From an uncultured Candidatus Sumerlaeota bacterium (GTDB lineage: Bacteria > Sumerlaeota > Sumerlaeia > Sumerlaeales > Sumerlaeaceae), in the NCBI GenBank assembly GCA_964444305.1, contig CAYUGQ010000001.1:1-62441 (forward strand): a stretch of 62,441 bases of DNA. Direction: 5' to 3'. Made by a program: the position numbers and the translations under genes. Under the pieces are notes generated by a model. The model searched no databases. It was not told the origin of the DNA and saw only the letters and a program-made list of their open reading frames with translations. The first letter of the stretch is position 1; the number at the start of each line of letters is the position of its first letter. This document shows, piece after piece, positions 47,208 through 56,711 of this stretch.

Positions 47208-48908
47208 ATGTCCTTAGCAGGATTTATCATTGGGGTAATGACGCGAAAATCTGCGGCCCGGTTTGAAGCTGCAACGCAAAATCCGGTGAAGGTTCAACAG
47301 GATCTTCTGGCGGAGATTCTTCAAAAGAATGCTGATACAGAATATGGTCGTCGGTATGGTTTTGCGTCTATTAAAAGTCATGAGGATTATGTCCGGCAAG
47401 TGCCCCTGGTAACTTATGATGATATTGCCGACGACATGGCTCGCGTCGCGGCGGGGGAGAAGGGGATTTTTACGGCGGAAGACCCGGTTATGTTTGCTCA
47501 GACAAGCGGCACGACGGGGGAGCCGAAGCTGATTCCTGTTACTCCATCTGACCAGGGAACGCGACATCAGGATGTGATGCGGACGTGGTTGTTTCATTCG
47601 AAGAAGGACCACCCGGATATTTTTGATCAGAAAATCGTGACGCTGGTTTCGCCGGCAATTGAGGGTTACACATCGGCTGGTATTCCTTACGGGTCGACTT
47701 CGGGTCATATCTATCGCGGAATGCCGGGCATTATCCGGCGGGCGTATTCGATTCCGTATGAGGTGTTTGAGATCGCCGATTACACGGCGCGCTATTATGC
47801 TTTAATGCGTATTTCTCTGCAACATGACGTGCGTTTGCTGTGCACCGCAAATCCTTCGTCGGTAATGAAAATGGTGGAGAAAGCGAATGAGTTCAGCGAG
47901 GAAATCATTCGCGATATTCACGATGGCACGTTTTCGGAAAGTCAGGATATTGAACCTGAGATTCGCGCGGTTGTGCAGAAGGTGCTGAAGCGGGATCCGC
48001 GGCGTGCTAAGGAACTGACGGATTTCCGTGCGCAGCGGGACGGCCGGTTGTTACCGGCGGATTACTGGAACCGGCTGAGCTTGATCGGTTGCTGGAAAGG
48101 GGGGACGGTGGGGCATTACATTGAGAAGTTTGAGCCTTGGTTTAACCCGGACCGGAATCGGCAGGTGCCGGTGCGCGACTGGGGTTTTCTGGCCAGTGAG
48201 CTGAGGGGGTCTGTGCCGTTGAGTGATGAGGGTGCGCACGGGGTTTTGAGCGTTGCGGCGAATTACTATGAGTTTTCGCCGGTGGATGCCGTGGAAGCCA
48301 ATCCCGATGATCCGACCAAGTGGCCTTTTCTTACTGTGGATGAAGTGGAAGATGGGGCCGAATACTACATCTTTCCAACAACTCCCAGTGGTCTTTATCG
48401 TTATGATATTAATGACGTGGTTCGGATTGAGGGCTGGTATAATCGGACGCCTCAGATTGCTTTCCTGCGCAAGGGGCGGGGTATGACCAACCTGACAGGG
48501 GAAAAGGTGAGCGTGAACCAGGTAATTGATGCTTTTGATGAAGCCATGACGGTTACGGGTTTACTGCCGGATCACTTTAAGGCGGAGGCGGATGCGGATC
48601 GAAGCCGCTATCTGTTCCGGGCGGAATTTTCTTCGTTGCCGTCAGATGAGGAGAAAGCTAAAATTTTCCTCCATTCGGTGGATCAGGCGCTGCAGAAACT
48701 GAACATTGAGTATGCAGAGAAACGGAAGTCTCAGCGGCTGGGGGCACCGGTGCTTCATATCATGCGTGAGGGCTGGTATGAGCGGGAGCGGAAGCGTCAG
48801 GTGGCTGAGGGAAAAAGGATGTTCCAGGCTAAGACAGAAGTTTTGTCGGCATCAAAACTGGCCACCAGTGCTATCAAGCCGGAGCTATTGGGAGTGGTGG
48901 AGTTGTAA
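47208..48908 (+). CDS. GH3-family acyl-acid amido synthetase (adenylate-forming; annotated in bacteria as 'GH3 auxin-responsive promoter' family)
   Basis: QTSGTTGEPKLIPVT adenylation motif, N-terminus FEAATQNPVKVQQDLLAEIL, 566 aa. A GAGG Shine-Dalgarno sequence is present. Confidence 0.8.
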   Translation: MSLAGFIIGVMTRKSAARFEAATQNPVKVQQDLLAEILQKNADTEYGRRYGFASIKSHEDYVRQVPLVTYDDIADDMARVAAGEKGIFTAEDPVMFAQTSGTTGEPKLIPVTPSDQGTRHQDVMRTWLFHSKKDHPDIFDQKIVTLVSPAIEGYTSAGIPYGSTSGHIYRGMPGIIRRAYSIPYEVFEIADYTARYYALMRISLQHDVRLLCTANPSSVMKMVEKANEFSEEIIRDIHDGTFSESQDIEPEIRAVVQKVLKRDPRRAKELTDFRAQRDGRLLPADYWNRLSLIGCWKGGTVGHYIEKFEPWFNPDRNRQVPVRDWGFLASELRGSVPLSDEGAHGVLSVAANYYEFSPVDAVEANPDDPTKWPFLTVDEVEDGAEYYIFPTTPSGLYRYDINDVVRIEGWYNRTPQIAFLRKGRGMTNLTGEKVSVNQVIDAFDEAMTVTGLLPDHFKAEADADRSRYLFRAEFSSLPSDEEKAKIFLHSVDQALQKLNIEYAEKRKSQRLGAPVLHIMREGWYERERKRQVAEGKRMFQAKTEVLSASKLATSAIKPELLGVVEL

Positions 48909-49006
48909 GGTCAGGTCGGTTTTCGTCGGGCAATATCTGCCTGCGGGGTTCACTGCTTTGGAATTAAATTGGACTGGCACTCATCTGGTAAGGCCTCATT
49001 CAAACA

Positions 49007-51031
49007 ATGATTGAACGATTCGTAGAACAGCTAGCCTTCAGTTTGGAAAAGTTCGGCACTGGTGCTTATGCCATCGTGACTTTGTTGGCTCTGCTGGAGA
49101 CGCTGATTGTTGTCGGCCAGTTCATCCCGGGCTCCATTTTCCTGGTGCTCGTGGGCTTCTTGTGTTACATGGATGTGTTTGAGTTTTACGGCATGGCCAT
49201 TTCAGTGATCCTGGCCCGGGTTGGGGGGGAATATATTAATTATGCTCTCGGGCGCTACCGGGGCCGGGCATGGTTTCATCCGGAAAGCCGGTTTCTGAAA
49301 CCGCGTTTTCTGGAAATGGCTGAGACCCGGTTTGCGGTCAGCGGGGCCAACCTGCTGGTGTGGGGGCAGTTCCTGGGATTTCTCCGTCCGTTTATTACGG
49401 TGGCCGCCGGAGCGGCGCATTATTCGGTGCCGAAATTTACGATCAGCGTTTCCATTGGAGCGATTTTGTGGGGGATGTTGCACCTTGTGGTGGGATATGC
49501 TTTCGGAGCAAGCTGGGAGCGCGCGGTTGAGTATCTGAAGGATTTCTCGCTTGTCCTCATCGTCGCCATTCCGGTGGCGTTCCTCAGTGGCTGGGCTGTG
49601 CGACAGTTGCTGCAGATGAGCGGTTATCTTTATAAGTTTCTTGAACGGCTGAACCGCCTCATCCGAAACAGCCAGTGGTACCAGTCGTTGCGAAACCGGC
49701 ACCCCGCGTTCTTTCCGTTCTTGGAACGGCGGGTGAGCCTGAGCCGAAACTGGGGCTTGGGGGCGACGTTTGGTTTTGCGTGTGCGCTTGCTTGTCTTGG
49801 TGCGTGCCTGGCGCTTTACTGGGATGTTCACACGCGAGATACCTGGTATGTGTTTGATCTGTCCATGGTGAACCTGCTGGCTCAGTTGCGCACCCCCGGG
49901 GCGGACCACCTTTTTATTATTATCACGAACCTCGGGGCGGTTCCGGTGGTGGCAGGGGTTCTGCTGGCGACGGCGGTGATCTGTTATTTTTGCGGCCAGC
50001 ATAAGAGCTTGTTTGTGATTCTGGGTTCGGTTCTGCTGAGCCTGGGGCTTGCGCTGGCGGTGGAATATATCTTTCAGAGGAACCGGCCGGATTTATCTGT
50101 TCGTCTGATCGAGGCGAATGGTTTCAGTTTCCCAAGCAGCCGTTCCACGGTGGTGTTTGCGCTGTTCGGGGCGATTTATTACTGGCTATGGAATCACCCC
50201 GGCGTGCTGCGGGTGCGGGCGGCGGTCGCGTTTCTGCTTTTGCTGATGGCGTTCCTGGTGGGATTCAGCCGGGTTTACCTGGGAGTGCATTACCCCAGCG
50301 ATATCGTATCGGGTTTTTGTCTGGGATTTGCGGCGGTGCTCACTTGTGGAACTATTGCGGCGAATTGGCCGCGCCTGAAGGATGTGGCGAGCCGCGCAGA
50401 TTATAAGGCGGCCTCTATCCTTGCCGTATATGGTCTTGGAGCCTGGCTCTATACCGAGGCACGGCCTGCAAACATCGCCGTGCAGCCGGTGAACGTCAGT
50501 GGTGGCATTCAAGCGGCAGAGCTGAACGATATTCTGCCGTATCTTCCGCGCAAATCGACAACACTTTTTGGTGCGGCGTATGTGCCGGTTAACCTAATTT
50601 TGCAGTCAGATCCAGCTCCGGCCAAGGAACTGCTGGAGGAGGCAGGATTTGATCCAGTTGCGTCTCAGGACTTTTTCACCATAGGGGTAGCAAATCCGGT
50701 TTTTCCGGCATTTGTTAATGGCAAGCCTGCGGCATTTACTTATGAAAAGCGGCTGGAGGGGGGGCGAGATGTGGTGCGGCTGTGGGCCACCAATGCGCAG
50801 ATTAACGGTGAACAGATCTGGGTGGGCTCGATCGTGACTCACGATCAGGAGCTTCGCTGGAAGATGGATATGTTTCAGCAGGTGCCAGATCTGGATTACT
50901 CGGCGGATAAACTGGTGAAAATCTGGGAGGAATTCAACCCGCAGAAGATCTCTGGCTTTCGTCCGCGGGGGCTGTATTCCTGGCGCAACGTGTTTTTCAC
51001 GCATGGCGATGCATGGTTTTTTGCCTTGTAA
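49007..51031 (+). CDS. Tri-domain membrane protein: DedA (SNARE-associated) + PAP2 phosphatase + LssY_C-like domain
   Basis: DedA N-terminus (LLETLIVVGQFIPGS); PAP2 motifs (FPSSRST..., SRVYLGVHYPSDIVSG); a soluble C-terminal ~190 aa resembling the LssY C-terminus. Confidence 0.78.
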   Translation: MIERFVEQLAFSLEKFGTGAYAIVTLLALLETLIVVGQFIPGSIFLVLVGFLCYMDVFEFYGMAISVILARVGGEYINYALGRYRGRAWFHPESRFLKPRFLEMAETRFAVSGANLLVWGQFLGFLRPFITVAAGAAHYSVPKFTISVSIGAILWGMLHLVVGYAFGASWERAVEYLKDFSLVLIVAIPVAFLSGWAVRQLLQMSGYLYKFLERLNRLIRNSQWYQSLRNRHPAFFPFLERRVSLSRNWGLGATFGFACALACLGACLALYWDVHTRDTWYVFDLSMVNLLAQLRTPGADHLFIIITNLGAVPVVAGVLLATAVICYFCGQHKSLFVILGSVLLSLGLALAVEYIFQRNRPDLSVRLIEANGFSFPSSRSTVVFALFGAIYYWLWNHPGVLRVRAAVAFLLLLMAFLVGFSRVYLGVHYPSDIVSGFCLGFAAVLTCGTIAANWPRLKDVASRADYKAASILAVYGLGAWLYTEARPANIAVQPVNVSGGIQAAELNDILPYLPRKSTTLFGAAYVPVNLILQSDPAPAKELLEEAGFDPVASQDFFTIGVANPVFPAFVNGKPAAFTYEKRLEGGRDVVRLWATNAQINGEQIWVGSIVTHDQELRWKMDMFQQVPDLDYSADKLVKIWEEFNPQKISGFRPRGLYSWRNVFFTHGDAWFFAL

Positions 51032-51177
51032 TACCTGCCCGGGGACAGACTATCGGAAAATCTGATCCGGGGGAATATATATCCCCGGGTCTGACTGTTT
51101 AGATCCTGAGAATTATCCCGCAAGGGCGCACGATATGTGCCCTTCAATAGATCTGGAAAGACCTGGAAAGAGCAAAC

Positions 51178-51924
51178 ATGAGCGCACTGAAGCGGTTTAT
51201 GATCGACCTGCTGGCGGATCGATTTAACGTCCGCGCGAAAAAGATTCGTGGCAACTGGGGACGTTATACGGAGATTTATAACCGGTGCAAATCTCACAGT
51301 ATGCTGGGAGGAGACGGCTACCGCAGCAACCTGCAGATTGTGGACACGTGCCAGGATGTGGAGGGCGATGTGGTGGAATGCGGCGTGTGGAAAGGTGGGA
51401 TGTCGGCTGGAATGGCACATATCCTGGGGCCAGGGCGGAAGTATTACCTCTTTGACAGCTTTGAGGGTCTGCCTGAGCCGGGCGAACTGGATGGCGAATA
51501 CGCGGTGGAATGGCAAAACAGCGGCGATGCGGAATTGACGTATAACAACTGCACGGCCGATGAAGCGGATGCTGACGCGATCATGCGCGAAACCGGAGTG
51601 GAGTATGAGCTGGTAAAGGGCTGGTTTCAGGATACGATTCCGGGTTTTGACAAAATCGAAAAGATAGCGGTTTTGCGGCTGGATGGTGACTGGTATGAGT
51701 CGACGATGATTGGCCTGGAAAAGTTTGAGCCACTGGTTGTGCCTGGAGGCATTGTTATCCTGGATGATTATTACTACTGGGAAGGCTGCTCAAAAGCCGT
51801 GCATGATTATTTCTCGAAGACGAAAAGCACGGCGCGGCTGGTGAGCGGTGATGGATTTGTCTACTTCAGGAAACAGGAAGCAGATAGCACTTCCGGTGCG
51901 CGGACGCTGGTGTCGGCTTTTTAA
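51178..51924 (+). CDS. TylF/MycF-family SAM-dependent O-methyltransferase
   Basis: GDVVECGVWKGGMS, LFDSFEGLPEP and LRLDGDWYEST are TylF-family motifs. Confidence 0.85.
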   Translation: MSALKRFMIDLLADRFNVRAKKIRGNWGRYTEIYNRCKSHSMLGGDGYRSNLQIVDTCQDVEGDVVECGVWKGGMSAGMAHILGPGRKYYLFDSFEGLPEPGELDGEYAVEWQNSGDAELTYNNCTADEADADAIMRETGVEYELVKGWFQDTIPGFDKIEKIAVLRLDGDWYESTMIGLEKFEPLVVPGGIVILDDYYYWEGCSKAVHDYFSKTKSTARLVSGDGFVYFRKQEADSTSGARTLVSAF

Positions 51925-53246
51925 ACCCCCGCACTTTCGTCAGGAGCTGCCGTCGGTGTCGTGGGGGGCGTCAGGCTTTTGAAGGTATTGTTGCGAACGG
52001 CTACCGCTGTGGTGAGGGTCAGAATATAGTTAACGATCAGAGCGACAAGGGCGCCAGTGATGCCATAGGGGGGAATCAGCAGGGCGCTCAAGCTGTAGTT
52101 TGTAATGGCTGAGATTAGGGAGATGACCAGACCCCAACGCATGCCGCGGACGCCTTGCGACGCAAGGATCTGGCCGTAGGTTGTTGTGATGGCGATGAGA
52201 GTGGAGGCGATGGCGAACAGGACGATATAGGTCCAGACGAGGGGAAACTCGCCGCCGGAGAGAGTGACGGTGATCACCAGGACTACGGCAAACAGGATCA
52301 TGATGGGGAAAGCCGCGCGAACCCAGGCAGCGGTGAGGCGACGCCAGATGCCCTGTTTGTCTGAGCTGGCGGAGACTTTCGGGAAAAAGACTGTATAAAA
52401 AATCGTGGTGGCAAAGGTGGCCAGGGCGATGCTGCTCATGCTGTAGAGGCGAAACATGCCTACTTCGTCTTCGCCATAGATCCACTGGATTTGCAGCGGC
52501 TGAATTAGGAATGTGACAATATAGCCGGTGTTGCTGAGCAGGGAAAGGGCACTGTAAAATATGAGTTCTTTTGTGTGTGGGCTGAAAAGATTTTTGGGGG
52601 AGAGCTGGCGTCGGAATCGCCAGATCATGGGCGGAAGGCAAAGGAAATAGGCAAATCCATAGGCGATCAGAGCGGTAGAATAATCACGCCCGATAAGAAA
52701 ATGACCAATGGCCAGACCGGGCAGCAGCAGTGCGGCGAAGGTCATTTCGATTATGCCGCGTTGTCTGAACTCGCTGAAAATCTGGTAAATGGTGCTAAGC
52801 ATGGTGTATCCGGAGAACAGCAGTCCTACGCCTATGGCCCAGTATATCTTGGTTTCGTTGAGGCCGAGCTGTTCGCCTATGGTGTCGCGGAGCATCCAGA
52901 AGATGGCAGTAAAAATTATGGTGGTAAGGCCGGACAGGTAGATGGCTGTGGCTATCACGGGGTCGGGATTGGATTCTCTGGCGGTGTACCGGATTATGCC
53001 GACGTGAAATCCGAACAGCAAAAAGAGGCTGAGGAGCTGGGAGACCAGCAGGACCACCTGGGCTTCGCCGAATCCCGCGAGACCCAGGTAGCGTGCCATG
53101 ATGATTGCGGCGATGCTGGAGAAGACTTTGCTCAGGCTGAAAAAGATGGTGATGACGCTGAGGCTTTTCAGAAACGAATGAGTGCCCGGGCCTAGGCTCA
53201 TGCTGCGGTTGCGCACACCGTTGCGCAGGCGGTGCCAAAGTTGCAT
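51921..53246 (-). CDS. Oligosaccharide flippase (Wzx-like polysaccharide biosynthesis protein)
   Basis: 441 aa with about 12 TM segments, located in a glycosyltransferase/epimerase cluster. Confidence 0.72.
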   Translation of the reverse strand: MQLWHRLRNGVRNRSMSLGPGTHSFLKSLSVITIFFSLSKVFSSIAAIIMARYLGLAGFGEAQVVLLVSQLLSLFLLFGFHVGIIRYTARESNPDPVIATAIYLSGLTTIIFTAIFWMLRDTIGEQLGLNETKIYWAIGVGLLFSGYTMLSTIYQIFSEFRQRGIIEMTFAALLLPGLAIGHFLIGRDYSTALIAYGFAYFLCLPPMIWRFRRQLSPKNLFSPHTKELIFYSALSLLSNTGYIVTFLIQPLQIQWIYGEDEVGMFRLYSMSSIALATFATTIFYTVFFPKVSASSDKQGIWRRLTAAWVRAAFPIMILFAVVLVITVTLSGGEFPLVWTYIVLFAIASTLIAITTTYGQILASQGVRGMRWGLVISLISAITNYSLSALLIPPYGITGALVALIVNYILTLTTAVAVRNNTFKSLTPPTTPTAAPDESAGV

Positions 53247-53280
53247 CAGCGAATTCTCAACCTGATTGGAAAAATGATGT

Positions 53281-54531
53281 TCATCGGGCGTCCAGGGCCA
53301 GAGTCAGAAACTGGTTTCTATAGGTATCCAGGATGTTATCCAGTGCAAAGGGGGAAACGGTTTCGCGCAAGGTGGCGTGGCAGGTCTGCCAGAATTGTTC
53401 GTTTTCCATCAGGAGGCGGGTAGTGGTTTCTGCCAGGTTTATATCATCGCGGATGCAATAGCCGGGGGCGGGAGGGAGCTCTGCGGCGTCGACGGGTTCG
53501 GTGAGGATCTCGTTGGGATTGTGATCGTAGGTGATCACGGGACAGCCGTTTTTCATGGCTTCTATGACGACGTTGGAGAAACCTTCTGCTTCGGATGTTA
53601 GAACGAACAGGCGGGCGAGGCGATAGAGCTGGTTAATCTCGCTGGCTGCCACCCCGGGGATCAGGGCGAGATTCGGCAAAGAAGCTGCCTGTTGCTGAAC
53701 CTCCCGGAATAAGTCGGGGTGGTTTGGTTCCGGGGGCATAATCATGACAAACTCGTGCTGCGGGAATCGGGAGGCCAGATCGAGGAAGAGGTGGGGGCGT
53801 TTCATGGGATGGGCTCGGCCGACCCACAGGACTGACTTTCTCTGGTCAAAACGGGATTCAATTTCGGACGGATCAGGCAGGGGGTGTCCATTGGGAATCA
53901 GGGTGGTTTTGATTCCGAAATTGTCTGTTAGAGCCGTGGCCTGTCGGGTTGTCTGGACGATTACGAGATCGGCCCTTTTCAGGCAGTGAATGAAGAATCG
54001 CGCCGGCAGAATTCGTCCGCGAAAGATATGGCGGGTCATGTCTTGCAGATTGGTTTCCCAGTCATGCTCGATGCGGAAGACAAATTTAGCGCCGGTGATC
54101 CGGGCGGCCAGCCAGACGATGGATGCTTCTCCGGAGGCGAGCTTTGCGTAGTAGATTTTTGCGCGCTGACGGCGGAGTGTGCGGAAAAAATTAAAGTAAT
54201 ATTGTCCGACTGCGATGCGGCGCTTGATCCAGGAATCTTGGTAGGTAAGCGCGGGTGGGGGCTGAACGGGATATACGGTTGGGTTCGAGGAGACAGGAGT
54301 ATCGGGGATTCCCGGGGCTAATGTAAGCACGCGGAGATCGAAATTCTGGTCCGATGATAGGGCGCGGGCGAGGGTCCACATCTCGGTTTCTGCACCGCCA
54401 AACCCTGTTCTTTCTCCCATGGCCAGGGGATAAAGCTGGGTGGCAAAAAATACGATGGGAACGGGCGTGGGTGAAGTTTGAGGTGGTGCATTGTCAGGGG
54501 TAGCAGCCAGATCATCGGCGCCTGAATTCAC
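53281..54531 (-). CDS. Glycosyltransferase family 4 (GT-B, group 1)
   Basis: E-x7-E motif SEAEGFSNVVIEAM. The N-terminus has GGAETEMWTLA. Confidence 0.82.
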   Translation of the reverse strand: MNSGADDLAATPDNAPPQTSPTPVPIVFFATQLYPLAMGERTGFGGAETEMWTLARALSSDQNFDLRVLTLAPGIPDTPVSSNPTVYPVQPPPALTYQDSWIKRRIAVGQYYFNFFRTLRRQRAKIYYAKLASGEASIVWLAARITGAKFVFRIEHDWETNLQDMTRHIFRGRILPARFFIHCLKRADLVIVQTTRQATALTDNFGIKTTLIPNGHPLPDPSEIESRFDQRKSVLWVGRAHPMKRPHLFLDLASRFPQHEFVMIMPPEPNHPDLFREVQQQAASLPNLALIPGVAASEINQLYRLARLFVLTSEAEGFSNVVIEAMKNGCPVITYDHNPNEILTEPVDAAELPPAPGYCIRDDINLAETTTRLLMENEQFWQTCHATLRETVSPFALDNILDTYRNQFLTLALDAR

Positions 54532-55593
54532 TTAAACTCGCCCCTTCAACCCCTCATAAATCTCCCGCATGAGAGCGTGGATGTCGTACTGATACTTCCA
54601 GTCGGGGTAGTGCTGCTGGAACTTTGAGACATCGCTGACCCACCAGATGTGATCGCCGATGCGATTGTCGTCGAGATAGGTGATGTTGGCCTTTTTGCCG
54701 GAAATTTCTTCGCACATGGCGATGGCTTCTTTCATGCTGCAATTGCTGTGGCGGCTGCCGCCCATGTTGTAGACTTCGCCGGAGCGGGGCGCTTTGTAGA
54801 AGTGATAAAAGGCATCTACGAGGTCGTGAGAATGGATATTGTCGCGGACCTGCTTTCCCTTGTAGCCGAAAATCCGGTATTCGCGGCCGGACATGATGCA
54901 TTTCATAAGATAGCTCAGGAAGCCGTGAAGTTCTGCGCCCGAATGACCGGGGCCGGTGAGACAACCGCCGCGGAAAAGGCCTGTTTTCATGCCGAAATAG
55001 CGGCCGTATTCTTGCACCATGATGTCTGCGGCTACTTTTGAGGCGCCGAAGAGGGAGTGCTTTGACTGGTCGATAGACATGGATTCATCGATGCCGCGTT
55101 CGTACCAGCGGTGAGATTCGTCGAGTTCCCAGCGGTCTTCTAGTTCGACAAGAGGCAGGTAGTTTGGTGTGTCGCCATAGACTTTGTTGGTGGAAGTAAA
55201 AATGAATGGTGCGTCGGAGCAATGCTTGCGGGCGGCCTCCAGGAGTATCATGGTGCCGGTGGCGTTTACGGAGAAATCTGTCATGGGTTCGCGGGCGGCC
55301 CAGTCGTGGCTGGGCTGGGCGGCGGTGTGTACCACGAGGACAACGTCGCTGCCGTACTCGGCAAAAATTTTGTCGATGGCGGCTTCGTCGCGGATGTCGG
55401 CATCGTGGGCTCTAAAATTTGGGAACTCATTTTTGAGGCTTTCGGTCGACCAGCGGGTGGAGGCCTCGGGCCCGAAAAAATAGGCTCGCATGTCATTGTC
55501 GATTCCAGCCACGGTGTGGCCTTCCTGGCTGAACCGCCTTACGGTTTCTGCTCCGATCAGGCCGCTGGACCCTGTGACAATCACCACGCTCAT
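54532..55593 (-). CDS. NAD-dependent sugar-nucleotide epimerase/dehydratase (SDR, CDP-paratose-2-epimerase-like)
   Basis: [13 protein letters not shown] Rossmann motif, STNKVYGD, and YxxxK in FGASKVAAD. The ATG at 55593 was chosen because the 43-codon upstream extension lacks homology. The stop abuts the GT4 start codon. Confidence 0.85.
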   Translation of the reverse strand: MSVVIVTGSSGLIGAETVRRFSQEGHTVAGIDNDMRAYFFGPEASTRWSTESLKNEFPNFRAHDADIRDEAAIDKIFAEYGSDVVLVVHTAAQPSHDWAAREPMTDFSVNATGTMILLEAARKHCSDAPFIFTSTNKVYGDTPNYLPLVELEDRWELDESHRWYERGIDESMSIDQSKHSLFGASKVAADIMVQEYGRYFGMKTGLFRGGCLTGPGHSGAELHGFLSYLMKCIMSGREYRIFGYKGKQVRDNIHSHDLVDAFYHFYKAPRSGEVYNMGGSRHSNCSMKEAIAMCEEISGKKANITYLDDNRIGDHIWWVSDVSKFQQHYPDWKYQYDIHALMREIYEGLKGRV

Positions 55594-55765
55594 TAATGTG
55601 AGTTCCTTAATTTTGATTTGTTTTGGGGGTGGCCGGGCCTTGAAAATGGTGATAAAAAGGCTATCGGCAGACCTCTGAAAATCATGTCGATCGACACAAT
55701 TGCTGCGCAACCTTATTTTCACACTTGAATAGTCCGCTTTAAACCCCTGTTTAATCGTTTCTGGT

Positions 55766-56482
55766 ATGAAGACTCCAACTTATTCCGAATTCGTTTTGCG
55801 CCGTCTACACTCACTGACGGGCGTTATCCCATTGACGTTCTTTATCTTTTTCCACTTTTTCGCCAACAGCACGAGCCAGGGCGGAGAAGAGGCATTTGAT
55901 AGTACGGTCACAGTTTTGCGAGGGGTTCCCTACCTCCTGGCCGTGGAGTGGGCGTTGTTGTTTGCGCCGTTTCTCTTCCACATGCTGTATGGCATGTATA
56001 TCATCTTTACGGCCAAGCCCAACGCGGGCAAGCTGAACTATCGGCGCAACTGGGCCTATGTGTTTCAGCGGGTGACAGCGATGATCGTGTTTGTCTTTAT
56101 CATTTATCACGTGATCGGGCTGCGGTTTATTGATGTACATGGCGAGACCGCTGTTTACGCAATCATGCACGAGAAGCTCAGTCAGCCGTTTACGTACTGG
56201 TGGTATGTGGTGGGTATCGCCTGCACGTGTTTCCACCTCGCGAACGGTCTGGTTACGTTCTGCATGACGTGGGGTCTTACGGTTTCGACTCGCAGTCAGC
56301 GCGCGGCGGAGTGGGGCATGGGAGCGCTTGGTGTGTTGCTTTTTGTTATCGGTATCGGTGCCATTAACGGCTTCTTGAAGGCGGAGCCTGTGAAGGTGCC
56401 CGGCACGAACCTGGAGCCGCCTGTCACCGTTACGTCTGCGACGGCCCCTGAAGCTGCGGACGATTTGGTGGCTTTTAACTAG
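55766..56482 (+). CDS. sdhC: Succinate dehydrogenase/fumarate reductase dihaem cytochrome b subunit (b558 type, 5 TM)
   Basis: Aligns along its whole length with B. subtilis SdhC as I recall it ([54 protein letters not shown]). All four His ligand positions are present. Confidence 0.85.
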   Translation: MKTPTYSEFVLRRLHSLTGVIPLTFFIFFHFFANSTSQGGEEAFDSTVTVLRGVPYLLAVEWALLFAPFLFHMLYGMYIIFTAKPNAGKLNYRRNWAYVFQRVTAMIVFVFIIYHVIGLRFIDVHGETAVYAIMHEKLSQPFTYWWYVVGIACTCFHLANGLVTFCMTWGLTVSTRSQRAAEWGMGALGVLLFVIGIGAINGFLKAEPVKVPGTNLEPPVTVTSATAPEAADDLVAFN

Positions 56483-56711
56483 TTAGCCTGTTGGACGCGC
56501 AAGGCGGTTTGGTTTGCTGTTAAAACAAACCTTGTCAAAATTGCAACTTTTGGGCTTATCAGGTGTCTAGTTCCATATATGGGCGCGTATCAAACTGCAG
56601 GCTCCAGATATGGTGCCAAAAAAAGCTTCCTTAAATCAAGTCATCCTTGACAGTAGTCCCTTGGAAGCGCTGTGGTTTGATTCGTAAAGTTTGGGGAAAA
56701 AAGGGATTGGG

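Noticed and set aside
50896-51516. A 206-codon minus-strand ORF bridging the spacer between the DedA/PAP2 gene and the TylF gene.
   Set aside because: It overlaps two well-supported + strand genes at both ends, has no motifs, and has a His/Arg/Pro-rich composition.
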